Origin: Ginglymostoma cirratum
Lineage: Eukaryota
Length of the DNA: 64,000 nt
Assembly (NCBI GenBank): GCA_024137785.1
Contig: JAHRHZ010000133.1
Coordinates: forward strand, 22,316,792-22,380,791
Direction: 5' to 3'
The notes under the pieces: generated by a model
Seen by the model: the letters and a program-made list of their open reading frames with translations, nothing else
What the model was told of the DNA's origin: nothing
The model's database searches: none
Shown: positions 1-13,098 of the stretch, one piece after another
How the letters are laid out: the number at the start of each line of letters is the position of its first letter
Numbering within the stretch: position 1 is the stretch's first letter
Made by a program: the position numbers and the translations under genes

Positions 1-118
1 GTCTAGGCCCGAAACATCAGCCTTCCTGCTCCTCTGATGCTGCTTGGCCTGCTGTGTTCATCCAGCTCTACACCTTGTTATCTCAGATTCTCCAGCATCT
101 GCAGTTCCTACTATCTGT
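1..118 (+). mobile_element. Penelope-like short element, 3' part (copy A, cut by window edge)
   Basis: Near-identical to 46661-46775 (gtctaggcccgaaac...ttctccagcatctgcagttcctactatc). Confidence 0.75.
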
Positions 119-847
119 CTCACACTGCCAACCAGTTTGCTGTCAGCATCCATGCCCAAGACCTTATCAGGAAGGCTGGGTCTGGGATGGAAAGACTACC
201 TGCTTACAAGTAAATATTGGCTATCAAGTTAAGCTGATTAAGGGATCGATTAAGGTCTCTTTCGCCTTGCAGACTGGAATTGTCCCGTCAGTGGGCAGGT
301 CCCACAGCAACTGAAACACAACCATCTCAACAAGATAGCCTTGTGGTGAGGCTGTATGTCATGTTGCTCAGGACAACCCGATAAACATCGTGGTGTTTGA
401 GCCACAGGTATGGCCACTGAATGAGTTGTCCCACCACCAACATGAGCAAGCAGCTGTGGCCTTGTAAAGCTTTTTTAACCATCTCTTCTGAAGACAGCTC
501 CATTGTGAGGCACCGTCTCTCTTCACTATTCCTTTTGGCAGCTCCAATCTGAGACAGTAGGGCTGTTGAGGAGTCATCACTGGATGGCAACCTATTGGCC
601 CTGTGGTTCCAGAAAACTGACTGCCCCTCCATCTTTAATGGAACAGCAAGTGTGCCCTCTGGCCACTACTTGTCAGCTTACAGCTCCCAACACAGTGTAA
701 GGTCAAGACCCATGTTTGACCCTGACTTTGACGACCTGAAAGAAAGTGGAAATCCTGCCCCATGTTTCTAAACAAAACAACAGAATTACTCTCTCTGACC
801 GTATGTATATGGTCTTCAAAACAATGCTGTCTGTTCTGACGATTAGA

Positions 848-2012
848 TCATAAGACCGTAAGATATTGGAGCAGGATATGGCCATTCAGCCCATTGAGTC
901 AGCCCAATCACGGTTGATGTGTTTCTCAACCTCATTCTCCTGTCTTCTCCCGGCAGCTCTTGATCCCCAGACCAATCAAGAACCTATCTATCTCTGTCTT
1001 GAATAGACTCAATGACTTGGTGTCAAAAGCGACAATAAGTTCCACAGATTAGTTATTGTCTGGCTGAAGAAATTCCACCTCATCTCAGTTTTAAAGGGTC
1101 AAGCCTTCACTCTGAGACTGTGCTCTCGGTTCCTAATCTCTCTTTTTATTTTATTATTCATTCTTGCACGTGGGTATTGCTGGCCGGCCAGCACTAATTG
1201 TCTGCTTCTCCACGGCCACTATACCCAGGACTGTTGGTATTCTGTAAGTTTCAGTCAGAACCCCGTCATCATTTTCCATCAAGTACAGACCCAGAGTCCT
1301 CAACTGCTCCTCACATGACAAGTCCTTCACCTCTGAGACCTTTCACGTAAACCTCCTCTCGACCCCCTCCACTGCCAGATATCCTTCCTCAGATGCAGGG
1401 TACCTGCTGAAAACTGGTGACAATATTCTGAATATGGTCTGACCACAGCCATTTTACAGCCTCAGCAGTACATCTCTGCGCTTGTAGTCTAACTCTCTTG
1501 AACTGAATGTTAACATTGCATTTGACTTCTTAACTGCTAACTGAACCTGCATGCTAACCTTAAGAGAATCTTGAACTGGAACTCGTAAGCCCTTTTGTAC
1601 TTCAGATTTCCAAAGCCTTCCCCCATTTAGAAAATAGTTTCCACCTTTATTCTTCCTGCCAAAGTGTATAATCTCACACTTTCCCACATTGTATTCCATC
1701 TGCCACTTCTTTGTCTGCTCTCCTAGCCTGTCCAAGTCCTTCTGCAATCTCCCTGCCTCCTCAACACTACCTGATTGTCCACCTATCTTTATGTCATTTG
1801 CAAATATAGCAACAATGCTCTCAGTTCCTTTGTCAAATCATAACGTATAACGTGAATAAATGTGTTCCCAACACTGAACCCTGCGGAAATCCACTAACCA
1901 CGGCTGCCATCTTGAAAAAGACCCCTTTATCCCTATTCTCTGCGTTCTGCCAGTCAGCCAATCCTCTGTCTATGCCAGTACCTTGCCCCTAACATCACGG
2001 GCTCTTATCTTA
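848..2012 (-). mobile_element. CR1-clade LINE 3' fragment (RT C-terminus and tail)
   Basis: ORF 1454-1747 QKDLDRLGE..KWQMEYNVGKCEIIHFGRKN is typical of CR1 ORF2. Confidence 0.85.
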
Positions 2013-2109
2013 TTGCTGGTTATATTGCAAACAGCACTAATTTCTGATTCAGTTTCATTAACCCCTAAAAAACAGCTTTCAGGTAATTTTATTGTTAAGG
2101 TGACATTAT

Positions 2110-2477
2110 GGAGGTTTATAAAATCACAAGAGTTTAGCTAAGGTGAATAGCCAAGGTCTTTTCCTCAGCTTAGGAGAGTCCAAAACTAGAGGGCATAGGT
2201 TTAAAGCGAGAGGGTAAAGATTTAAAAGGGACCTGAGAGGCAACCTTTTTGCACAGAGTGTGGTGCGTATATGGAACGAGGTGTCAGAGGAAATGGTAGA
2301 GATGCGTACAGTTACAACATTCAAAAGACATTTGGTCAAGTACATGGATAGGAAAGGTTTAGAGGGATACAGGCCAAACTCAGGAAAATGGGACTACTTC
2401 AGTTTCGGAAACTTGGTCAGCATGGAAGAATTGGGCTGAAGGGCCTGTTTCTATGCTGTATATCTCTATGACTCTAT
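2110..2477 (+). mobile_element. CR1/HER1-like LINE 3' end
   Basis: Degenerate ORF2 end (actagagggcataggtttaa; ttttgcacagagtgtggtg..tggaac) and ctctatgactcta tail. Confidence 0.8.
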
Positions 2478-2824
2478 TTACAAGGTTACTAACTATATCC
2501 ATAGCGAAAGGAGAATCTTGGACGTTAAGTTGAGTTTTTTCATTAAAACCAATGGAAAAGTAGAGGTATTCCCTACCAGCCAGTCTTAATTTTTATTCCA
2601 AATTTGAGATGATGCATGGCTGTGTCTTAGGTTGTGTTTCATGTTGCTGTTAAAGTATCAAGACTCCAAGCATAAGCAAAATCCATTTAAGATTCTTGCA
2701 CCAATTTTTAAAATGCGGAGGAATTGCTAATACTAGAAGCAACATACGTTCACATTAAAAACCTTGTCTTTGCAAGGAAAAAGAACATATTCACTTATTG
2801 TGCCTTTTCAACTGAACAAAAGAT

Positions 2825-3095
2825 CGCGGGTTAGCCATTCCTTGGTGCATTCTATATGGCAGTACTTTGACCAATTAGAGTTGAATTGTTTGAATTTAAA
2901 CAAAAGCCTGACTGTTACTTGATGCATTCTCCATGGCAACACCTCTACCAATTACAGTCCAGTTGCCAAGCAATCAGCACCCTCCTTTCATGCTGTATGA
3001 ATTGCTGTTCCCTTTGAGACTTGATATTCTTGTGATTATGTCCTGATGAGTGCAAGGTGAAAAGCTTTGACTGTATTTCTCTTTTTCAGCAATAT
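2825..3095 (+). mobile_element. Older Penelope-like pseudo-LTR fragment with a degenerate hammerhead motif
   Basis: Repeated CCAAT-like blocks, then gtc-CTGATGA-gtgcaaggt-GAAA-agcttt-gac at 3040-3071. Confidence 0.5.
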
Positions 3096-3204
3096 TATAA
3101 AGACACTAAAGTTTTGTTAAAACCTCTTTTGGGAACAATCTAAAATTAGGGGGCAGAGTTTCAAGATAAGGAGGAAGGCTGAACTTTTCCATAAATAGTC
3201 CAAT

Positions 3205-3521
3205 GAATAGAATTCCTACAGTGTGGAAACAGGCCCTTCAGCCAAACAAGTCCACGCTGACCCTTGGAGCATCCCACCCAGACCCAAACCCATCCCCCCA
3301 TAACCCACCCAAGCTACACACTACGGGCAATTTAGCATGGCCAATCCACCTAACCTGCACATCTTTGGACTGTGGGAGGAAACCAGAGCACCTGGAAGAA
3401 ACCCACGCAGACGCAGGGAGAATGTGCAAAATCCACACAGACAGTCACCTGTGGGTGGAATCGAACCCAGGTCCCTGCCACTGTGTTGCAGCAGTACTAA
3501 CCACCAAGCCACCATGCTGCC
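3205..3521 (-). mobile_element. HE1-type tRNA-derived V-SINE
   Basis: Minus-strand tRNA-like head with B box (ggttcgattcc), V-domain (ggtttcctcccacagtccaaagatgtgcaggttagg...gctaaattgccc) and LINE-like tail. Confidence 0.85.
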
Positions 3522-4231
3522 TGAATGATAAAACTCAACTTAACATCCAAGTGCCAATTTTGGTGAGTTTCACAACGGGTTTGTCTGTGAGGCCTAGTGA
3601 GTATTCTCGTTTCCAAAAGTTTGTCTCATTACCTATGCACCACACCTTCAATGGCACCCCACAGCAGGTGGGAAAATTGGCACCTGCCGGGACTGCCAGG
3701 ATTCCTGGCTCCAGTGTCACCTTTAAAGCTCAGCCATGCACTGGGCCAAGCACAGACAATCTGCAGCTGCTGTGCACGGTTTCTGCCATTTACCATGGAT
3801 ATGCTGGGGAGAGGGAAATTGGCTCTCCACTTTGTCAACCTGGAGGTCCTGTCAAATGGGAGGTGAGTGTGGTCACTGCCCATGAAGCATGTAATGAGGT
3901 GTTGGACTGATGGAGGTCTGGAGGAGCAGGCGGTAAGCTGATGTTGCCAAGATGCTGCTCCGACTTCCATGTCGGGAATAGACGCCTTCTGGTTTGTCTC
4001 CGGTGAGTGGGAAAATGGAAGACTCTGTATCAATTAGGTGAAATGAGGTAATAAAGAGAATGCTAATGCATGCAAATGAACAACTCACCACTCACTATTC
4101 ATTACATCATTGGGAATTGGGACTTTTTTGCTCTTAACATCAGGAATCTCTTTCATGCTGATCTCATATGACTCTTCCAAATTTCTTGCCAGTGCCACAT
4201 TATTTATTGTTTGGGAACCTTCCACCTGGGG

Positions 4232-4480
4232 TCTTCCATTTAAAACAGAAATGGGGAGGAATTTCTTATCCTAGAGGGCCATTACTGTTTGGACTTCTCT
4301 GTCACAACGAGCAATGAAGGCAGTTCAGTATATTCAAGGCTGAGTTTGACAGATTTTAGTTTGACAATGGAATCATAGACTATGAAAGTCAGGTAAGGCC
4401 TCATCAAATCAACTTTGGTCTTATTGATCAGGCTTGAGGGGCTGAGCGGATTACTTTGGCTTCTATTTCATACGTTCTTT
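4232..4480 (+). mobile_element. Degraded CR1 3' fragment
   Basis: Resembles the CR1 tail at 34990-35250. Confidence 0.5.
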
Positions 4481-6639
4481 TCCAGCAGGAGTTCAGCCAA
4501 TACGCTAGATATTGGCCATTCAGTTTCTGACTGAAATAACCATCAATTTTAGAGGAGGCGGCTGGGATAAGGTAGGGGTAAGAGAGTGGATGCAGTGGTT
4601 GAGTGCCACATGCAGTGTCATGGGTAGTAGCAGTTGATATTTTAATTAAGGATCTCTCCCTGGCTCCAGATACTCTGATGTAATCAGCACCAGTGTCCCC
4701 TGCAACTACGTTCTGTCATGGCAAGAATCAGCCCCTGCATTTTCAGGACCCTTGCAGTATAGTATTTTTATAGTTGCCGTCGGTGGCAAAACTGTCTGCG
4801 ATGTTTGTCAGTACCCTGTGAAATTGATAACTGCATCTGGTATCCATGGATTCACAATTAAACACAAAGATTTAGAAGTTGTAGTCAGGAATTGGCAACT
4901 CATCCAGAGTTCACTGGTCCTGTAGTTCCTGAAGACAGCACACTTTAGAAATCACTGAACTAACAAGAATCTGCCCTTTCATGTGCAACATCACTGTGGA
5001 ATCTGTCTGAAATGCTATGCTTTGTTAATTAAAAGTAACTGGCTTTTTACTGTCATAACTATGGTTGAATAATCTCCCCGGACTGTAAATGCTAGTTGTG
5101 TAATGTGAAATGCTTCCATATCACATAATACTATAATGAGTATGTAGAAGCATTTTTTCTTACAAGTATGTTTGATAGTTCAGCTTTTAATCTGTACAAC
5201 TCAGTGTTTCATTCACTTTCTGTGAAATTTGTAAAGTCAATGCCTTTTACTTCCTGGTTTGCTGTCTATGAGAATTTTTCAATATGATTGGTTTCTTACC
5301 TTCTTGGCGATATCACCATTGCCGGAAATTTCTTTGATTTGGCAGCTGACTCAGATTGACGTTGAGAAATGTGAAATCCTGCTAGATCTTTTTGGGTAGC
5401 TTTCTTTAAAGTCAACCTTAAGTTCCATAGCTTCAATGCAGATCAGAGTGCTCAGCCCCTGTTACAACTTAAAGCTTCACCTGTAACCGAGATGCAGTTG
5501 TCTCAGTCAAGTCAGTTTCATCAATTATTTTCCTTGGGATGTTCTCAAGTTAGAGGAGGAACAACAAGGCCAGTGCTTTCTTTAAGGGGCAAACATAGAT
5601 TAAATACTAAAACGCTGTGAATCAAGGGGCAACATATAATGTTCTGTACGTGAAAGAATCATTTGTTATAAATAAGTGGGTGATTTGCAAAATATTTTTA
5701 CTCGGGTCCAGATACTTTTATTGAAAGATTGTGTCTTCTGCAAAAAAAACTGCTGCTCCCGATTAGCCAGGATTACATTCCATTTATTCTTCAAGTTAAT
5801 ATGTTTCAATTTCTGCAGTCTAGTTTTAAGTTGAGAATACATTCAAAAAATGATGATTTCTAAAAAAAAATTGTAAGACATGATTTGATAACAGCAAATT
5901 CATTTTGTTAAATGCATGTTTAATGTAAATATATATGACTGACCCATAAAGAGGTGAAATCCTGCTGAAATCAGAGTATTTTAGAAATTGCTTCCATCTG
6001 ATAACACCAAGATTCAACTTCTTTGTTGAGCCACAAATGTAGGTTTTAATGCAAACTAAGAGGGAGTTTTTGAGCTGCTGCAATGTCTTTGTGCACTTTA
6101 AACTGGGAGATGCTTCGTACAGTATGTGAGTTCAGTACTACAGCTGGGAAGCAGCTGCTTCCTTTGTAACAGCATGTGCACTGAAGTGTGCAGCTCCTGT
6201 CATCACCTGAATACCTTTAATCAAAAAGAAGTATTTCATTCCTACAGTGACCAAACTTTGCCAACTGTGTTTTCCACCTGTAAAATTAAACATACTTTGT
6301 CATAGTTTGGTAGATAAATGTTAACACAAAGCTATTGTTACTGAGTAAAATTAGTAAACTAGTATAAATATTAGTCAGATTTTGATTATGAACAGTATAA
6401 GAATTAATAAAAACTGTTTCTCCCATTCCATGAAACATACATTAATGTGCCATACTTGTGAATTCTTAAAGCTGACGTCCTATCCAGTCTTTAATATGAT
6501 TAATTCCCATAAAGGATATTTGGCATAATTTTGCATCAAATAATTTAAAGAGAATAATTCATGATGAGTTTACAATTAAACTGTGTGATTGTTAAAGAAT
6601 GAGAATCGTAACAATGCAATGGGTTAACACACCACAAGC

Positions 6640-6870
6640 TGTGATACTGAGCTGCATTGACCAAGGAGGTCCCAGACTTAACCTAGGGGCTGTAAGGCGT
6701 TTGCTTTATCTGAGACAGGCTGGTGTTCAGAGCACTGCAATTGACTTCAGCGTCCTCGGGCTTTCATGGGGAGGGAGAAACATGCCAGGGATTCCTCTCC
6801 TGATTACTGATCCAGTAACCCCTGCTGCAAAGTGCACATGTGGAGACATTCAGTAAGGACAGAATCAGCT
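6640..6870 (+). mobile_element. Old tRNA-derived SINE fragment (LF-SINE-like)
   Basis: Motifs gatactgagc..accaaggaggtcccag and ctcctgattactgatccagtaacccctgctg; recognised from memory only. Confidence 0.35.
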
Positions 6871-7974
6871 GCGATTTCCCTCCCCAAACCCCCCTCCCCC
6901 AGCCCCTTGTAGAATAGTCACTTCCCACACATGAAGAACAGCCAGTTTGGATGAGGTACTTGGGTGAACTGCCAGTGACATTCATGCCAAACTTTCACAA
7001 TGAGTCGCAGCTTCAGAGAAAGAAAAGAGAAAGAGAGGAAACATTTTACTGCATCAGCAGCCTGGATTACATTTGAGCTAAATTTTTGAATCTGTATTTG
7101 AAGTACTGGCATGCACACAGTCCATGCAGTCACATGGTGCCTTTGTTGCAACAAAATTCCACATTAAACTTTACCAACAAGATTTCAGTCTTACCTGTGT
7201 GAAGTAAAATACTTTTAATGAAATGGTCTCAAGTACTGGTTTGTATAGGATGGTAACATGTAGGCATAGCACTGAACATTTTCCCCTCTCAGCATAATTT
7301 AGACTTGTTTAGCAAACAAAAAAGTAACTGTTTAGTTTGCAACCTTTTGTGTTAAGTACCAGCTGGGATTTGTTGGCATTTTATATGGGAGGTTTTATAG
7401 ATTCATAATAAGAAACTACATGATTGCAAATGAAGGGCAGATCAATCCTGAAAGCAGGGTGAACTCACAGATTTGTAGCAATGTTTTTTGTAGTAGCTTT
7501 GAATGAGTGGGCCAGAGTTAGTCAGTCTTTTCTACATTGGAGTCAATAGGTAGACTTCTACTACAGCCTTCAAGACCCCTATATGGGAACAAGTGGTGGC
7601 CTTGAGTACTTGCCAACCAGCAGGTCTGACTCAGCAAATTCCCCAGACATGACTTCCTAATTGGTCACCACAAGACCTGCCATCCAATTAAGGGGCATCA
7701 GATGGGATGGAGATTCTGCCAACCCAATCTGTAGGCTGGCAGTTCTATAGCTTCAGCAATCCAACCAGGAGAGGTGGGCACCGCTGAGGCAGAGGATCAG
7801 AAAGACACTTTGATATGGAGGCAGTTTGGAGATATAAATAAACATGTCCCAAATTAGAGGAGCCAAGCAGGCAGACTGAACTGGATGGCCAACTGGGCTA
7901 TGGGTAGAAGGAGGAGGACTTCCACTGCCTACAGCCCCCAATTTGGGACAGGGCCCTTCCAGCTCTAGTCTTCT

Positions 7975-8845
7975 TTTTACTTCAAAAATATACTTTATTC
8001 AAAACATGGTTATATAGTCACCTACATAGTCACAAGAGCAGTTTGGTTCTGTGCCATCTTTACATGTGGAGAACAAACAAACCCAAGGTGTTTCTTACTT
8101 TTACAAGACTATATTTACACATATTTGAGGCAATGGGATGGTCTGATACCTGAATGGACACCCATTTAGATTTGGTAGAAGGACCTTAGACAGTGGTGCT
8201 TCCCCCACCAAGCCTTGGTGGCAGTTGGCCCAAGCTTTAGTGCATCTTCCAGCACATAATCCTGCAACACTCGGTCAAGGTGAACTCCTTGGAAGACCAC
8301 CAAGTTTCAAAAGAGCATCTTTCACCGAGTTGATGGCCCTCCAGGCACAGTCGGTGTTTGTTTGGGTTGCATCCCAGGGAAGAGACCGTAGAGCATAGAG
8401 TCCTGCATCACAGAGCAGCTTGGGATGAACTTCGACAAAGACCATTGCATCTTTCTCCAGACTTCCTTTGCAAAGGCAGGTTCCAAAGGAGATATATGAC
8501 AGCATTTACCCGAACCCCCCCAGCCGCTCTGATGGTGGCATGCAGCAGCGCAGAGTGTCTGGATGTACGTGAGGTACTTCACTGGGAGTACCCCTCTCAC
8601 CATCAGCCAAGCAATGTCTTGGTGCTTGTTGGAAAGCTCTGGTGATGAGACATTCTAACAAATGACTTTGACAGTCTGCTCAGGGAATAACCTAACAGGG
8701 TACACCCTCTCCTTTTCCCACAGGGTTTCGAGGGTGCTATGTGCTGACCACTTCCTGATGGACTTATGGTCATAGGTGTTTCTCCATGAAGGACAGGTGA
8801 TTCAGCATGCTGCAACTACTTGGAGAATTCCACAGCAGCCTCTAG
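7975..8845 (-). mobile_element. Tx1/L1-clade LINE 3' fragment
   Basis: Frameshifted minus ORFs VRGVLPV..AFAKEVWRKMQWSLSKFIP..LYGLFPG..AWRAINSVKDAL; minus-strand aataaa tail near 7995. Confidence 0.7.
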
Positions 8846-9689
8846 ATCTAGTAGTCCTTGAGAGAGTTGCAGCAAACTACTTCATTCAGTTTGTGGCCTC
8901 CCAACAAGGCAGTGGAGCAGATCTGCTGTTGGCCTGGGGTGATTGCTATTCGTTGGGACTCTAATTATTCAAATCGGCTGTCCACCTCCTTTCATTGCAC
9001 AGTGATCTACATCTGGGTCCAGCACAAAGGAAATTTCCTGTTGGCAGTGCGACTACATTGGGAGTCACTCTACGTTCACCGCTCCTGGCTTTCCTCCCAG
9101 CCCGGCATTCATAGAATCATTCTGGAAAAGCCCTGACCAATGGAACAAAAATAAAATGAAGAAAGACATAACTTAGCATCATGTGTTTCATATTCTCACA
9201 CAAAGTCAAAATTTAACCCCCCCACCTCCAAATTATCTGCGTAGGAAAAGAAATCTGAATTCCAACTCAGTTACTCTGTCAAAACATAATTTTAAACCCT
9301 ACCAGCCTTGATCATAAAATGATCTGACAATGTCAACGAGACCATTTAGAAGAGACAAGCAGAAATGAACTACTTGTCCCAAAATTAATAAAAAAACGGT
9401 GAAGTGGTTACAGAAATTGGGCCATGGATAATTTTCTGAGGTGCATAGCCCAAAACACGCATTGATAAACATTCCATCCAGAAGCTGACCTAAAGTTGAG
9501 CCATTCTACAGTTTGGATGAGCTGCTGCTATTGGTGGTTCCTGCTGCAGTCAGCCTATTACAAATGGTCCTCCCAGTATTAGCCCTATGATAAATCCTGG
9601 GTGGGGCAGTGGAAAACAATGGAAGGCTGGCTGCTCCGTGGTATCAGTTGCTCAGTTTGCTGAGTCAGACGGTTGTGAGAGAGCAGTTT

Positions 9690-9960
9690 AAAGTTAGCCA
9701 CATAACTCTGAGCCTGGAGTCAAATGTAGTCCAGACAAGGTGAGAATGTCAGATGTTTTTCCCTAAAGGACATTGATGAACCAGTGTTTATTTTTGTTTA
9801 AAGAACAATTGATTATGATTAATTGGTCACCATTATGCTGTCTTTTTATTCCAGATTTTCTTTCTGTTGAATTCAAATTTCTCCATCTACCATGTTGGAA
9901 TTTGAACTCAGAACTTTAATCTGGGTTCTGGATTATTAGCCCAGTGACATTGCCACCGTC
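9690..9960 (-). mobile_element. tRNA-derived SINE (same family as 47520-47885)
   Basis: Reverse complement of shared motifs (ggttc..caaat B-box, tgtgactccag). Confidence 0.55.
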
Positions 9961-10004
9961 TCCCCATAAAATGAAATGACCAATTATATGCCTCTTTCCC
10001 CTCC

Positions 10005-10872
10005 ATCATAAGGTCAGAAGTGGAGTTGTTTGCTGATGAGCATGCAATGTTGAGCAGTATTTGTGACTCCTAAGATACCGAAGCAGTCCACGTCCACGTA
10101 CAGCAAAAAACATCTAGGCTTGGGTTGACAAATGGCAAGTACCATTTGTATCACACAATTGCCAGGTGGCAACCATTTCAACAAGGGAATATATTAGTAT
10201 TGCAACTTGATGTTCAGTGGCAATTCTATTACTGAAACTCCACTATAAATAACCTAAGGATTGCCAGTCAAAAACTGAATTGGACCAGCCATGTTAACAC
10301 TGTAGTTATAAGAGCAAGTCAGAGGTTAGGAATTCTGCAGCAAGTAGCTTACTTCCTGTGTCCCCAGTGTCTGCTACAAGGCACATGCCAGGAGTGTGAT
10401 AGAATACTCTCCACTTGTCTGAATGGGCGCAGTTCCAACAACAGCCCAAGAAGCTTGACATCTTCCAGGGTAAGACAGCCTGCTTTACTGTCACTCTATC
10501 CAGCACCTTCAGCATTCACTCCTTCCACCAGCAGGGCACAGTGGCAGCAGTGTGTGCCATCTACAAGATGCACTACAGTAACTCAAGAAGTCTTCTTCGT
10601 CTGTAGTTTTTAAAGTCACAATCTGTACCACCTCGAAAGACAAAGGCATCAGATATATGAAAAATCTCCCAAGTCATATACCATCCTGAATTGAAACTAT
10701 ATCACTGTTTCTTTGCTGTCACTGGGTCAACATGCTGGAACTCCATTCATAGGAACACTGCGGATATCTATATGTCAAAGATTGCAGCTCACCACCACCT
10801 TCTCAAGGGCAATTAGGGATGGGTCATAAATGTTGATCCATCCAGTGATGTCGACATGTCATGACTGAATAA
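10005..10872 (+). mobile_element. CR1-like LINE 3' fragment, second subfamily
   Basis: Degenerate LFAD motif (ttgtttgctgatga), KWQV-like segment, tail gggcaattagggatggg..ataaatg..atgactgaataa. Confidence 0.7.
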
Positions 10873-11045
10873 TGCTCTCCACTTCACTGCCACTTGTCCA
10901 CAAGCTCCAGCCTTGACCCCTCCTGATTGTTTCTCCTTTTCTCCACTACCTCCACCTCCTTTGCTACTTCAGATCCCTAGTAGTCCCTTATCCCAAATGT
11001 CTCTGTCTTCTGAACTCTCCTGATCCCAGGCATCGATGATAGGCT

Positions 11046-11645
11046 GAGCTAACAAGGTGTAGAGCTGGATGAACACAGCAGGCCAAGCAGCATCATCGGA
11101 GCAGGAAATCTTGACGTTTCAGGCCCGAAACNNNNNNNNNNNNNNNNNNNNNNNNNNNNNNNNNNNNNNNNNNNNNNNNNNNNNNNNNNNNNNNNNNNNN
11201 NNNNNNNNNNNNNNNNNNNNNNNNNNNNNNNNNNNNNNNNNNNNNNNNNNNNNNNNNNNNNNNNNNNNNNNNNNNNNNNNNNNNNNNNNNNNNNNNNNNN
11301 NNNNNNNNNNNNNNNNNNNNNNNNNNNNNNNNNNNNNNNNNNNNNNNNNNNNNNNNNNNNNNNNNNNNNNNNNNNNNNNNNNNNNNNNNNNNNNNNNNNN
11401 NNNNNNNNNNNNNNNNNNNNNNNNNNNNNNNNNNNNNNNNNNNNNNNNNNNNNNNNNNNNNNNNNNNNNNNNNNNNNNNNNNNNNNNNNNNNNNNNNNNN
11501 NNNNNNNNNNNNNNNNNNNNNNNNNNNNNNNGTTTCGGGCCTGAAACGTCAAGATTTCCTGCTCCGATGATGCTGCTTGGCCTGCTGTGTTCATCCAGCT
11601 CTACACCTTGTTATCTCGCATTCTCCAGCATCTGCAGTTATCACA
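11046..11645 (+). mobile_element. Fold-back Penelope-like element (copy B) spanning a 400-N gap; 11-bp TSD gatgataggct
   Basis: Arms 11046-11131 and 11532-11617 are reverse complements; TSD at 11035-11045 and 11646-11656. Confidence 0.8.
11132..11531. other. Assembly gap (400 N)
   Basis: N run. Confidence 1.
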
Positions 11646-12806
11646 GATGATAGGCTTTCTCCTTTCCTAATTATGTTTCTCTTCCTACTTACCTCCTTTC
11701 TGTGCACCCTGACCACTCCTCTGTAAACCTGTATATACTCATGCTGCTGACTCTTTAGTGTGTACTTTACCTTTTTTTTTGTCACAATGACATCAAGAAG
11801 GTCGTGGTTTCACTATGCAAGAGAGCCATATGCTGAGCATAGAGACACACTGATGGACAAACTTGCAGAATTCATTGTTAAATTTCTTGCGATGCATTTA
11901 TTTCCTTACTGATTGTTTTGCATGCAAATCTTAATCAATTTTATTTTCTAGTCTTGTAATCCTTAATGTTCAAAAGGATTGTAACTATGTTGTACTCATC
12001 TCTTGTTGTCCTGTTTTATACTTTAGCACTGCTAATCAAAAACAGTGAAACAGAAGTGTGGAACTCTCCCCTCACATGATGTGAATAAACAAGCCAGGAA
12101 CATCATTCATTTCAGTAGATTAGATTATTCGTAGTATTATTTGTTGACAGTGTCACCGAATAGTCATGGCAACACAGGAAGCACAGGTAAACACTAAAAT
12201 GCATCTTTCTGAGTTGTCTGTAATCAACAATTCTAAAGGAGGCTATAGAGTAATGCAGAAACACTTATGGAGCTATAGATATTTCCTTTATTAACTCTGA
12301 ACTGTGTGAGAGCTCAGCACAGTACCCTCCCTTTTATGAATGTTTGTTCTTTCAGAGGATCTTTTGAAAGGAGAGAATAAGTAACTCATAGGATTTGTTT
12401 ACCACCCTCTTCCCCTTTTCAGCTGCGAGTTCAATCCTTTCAACGAACATAGTGACCAAGGCTGAACCACATGCTTTTTAAAAGGGTAAAAATGCTTTCC
12501 GGTTTCATTGACGGTTACAATATGATTCAGACCCATTTACAAGTCTTACCAACGCTGGAGAGTTCTCAACCTCAAGCCAGAAAGATAGTGAAAGAAAGTG
12601 AATATTGGATCCCCATTTCTAACCTGTCACTTTGATGTAAAGACATTATTAGTAAATGAAGGTATATTGATTGTGGCTCCAGGGTCAGGATTAACCAGAA
12701 TGGTCACTGCTCTGTTGAAGCAGTGGGTATTCTGCCTTGCAGCTATGGCCTTTTTGGAGGTCAGGTGCCCTGCGCCCGTTTGCACAGAGGAATTAGACAG
12801 AACATG

Positions 12807-13098
12807 NNNNNNNNNNNNNNNNNNNNNNNNNNNNNNNNNNNNNNNNNNNNNNNNNNNNNNNNNNNNNNNNNNNNNNNNNNNNNNNNNNNNNNNNNNNNNN
12901 NNNNNNNNNNNNNNNNNNNNNNNNNNNNNNNNNNNNNNNNNNNNNNNNNNNNNNNNNNNNNNNNNNNNNNNNNNNNNNNNNNNNNNNNNNNNNNNNNNNN
13001 NNNNNNNNNNNNNNNNNNNNNNNNNNNNNNNNNNNNNNNNNNNNNNNNNNNNNNNNNNNNNNNNNNNNNNNNNNNNNNNNNNNNNNNNNNNNNNNNNN
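12807..13098. other. Assembly gap (292 N)
   Basis: N run. Confidence 1.

Noticed and set aside
3203-3910. 235-aa ORF, the longest in the track
   Set aside because: Antisense reading of an HE1 SINE running into other repeat-like DNA; no protein features
11049-11650. Mirror-image 181/193-aa ORFs
   Set aside because: Artefact of an inverted repeat flanking an N gap
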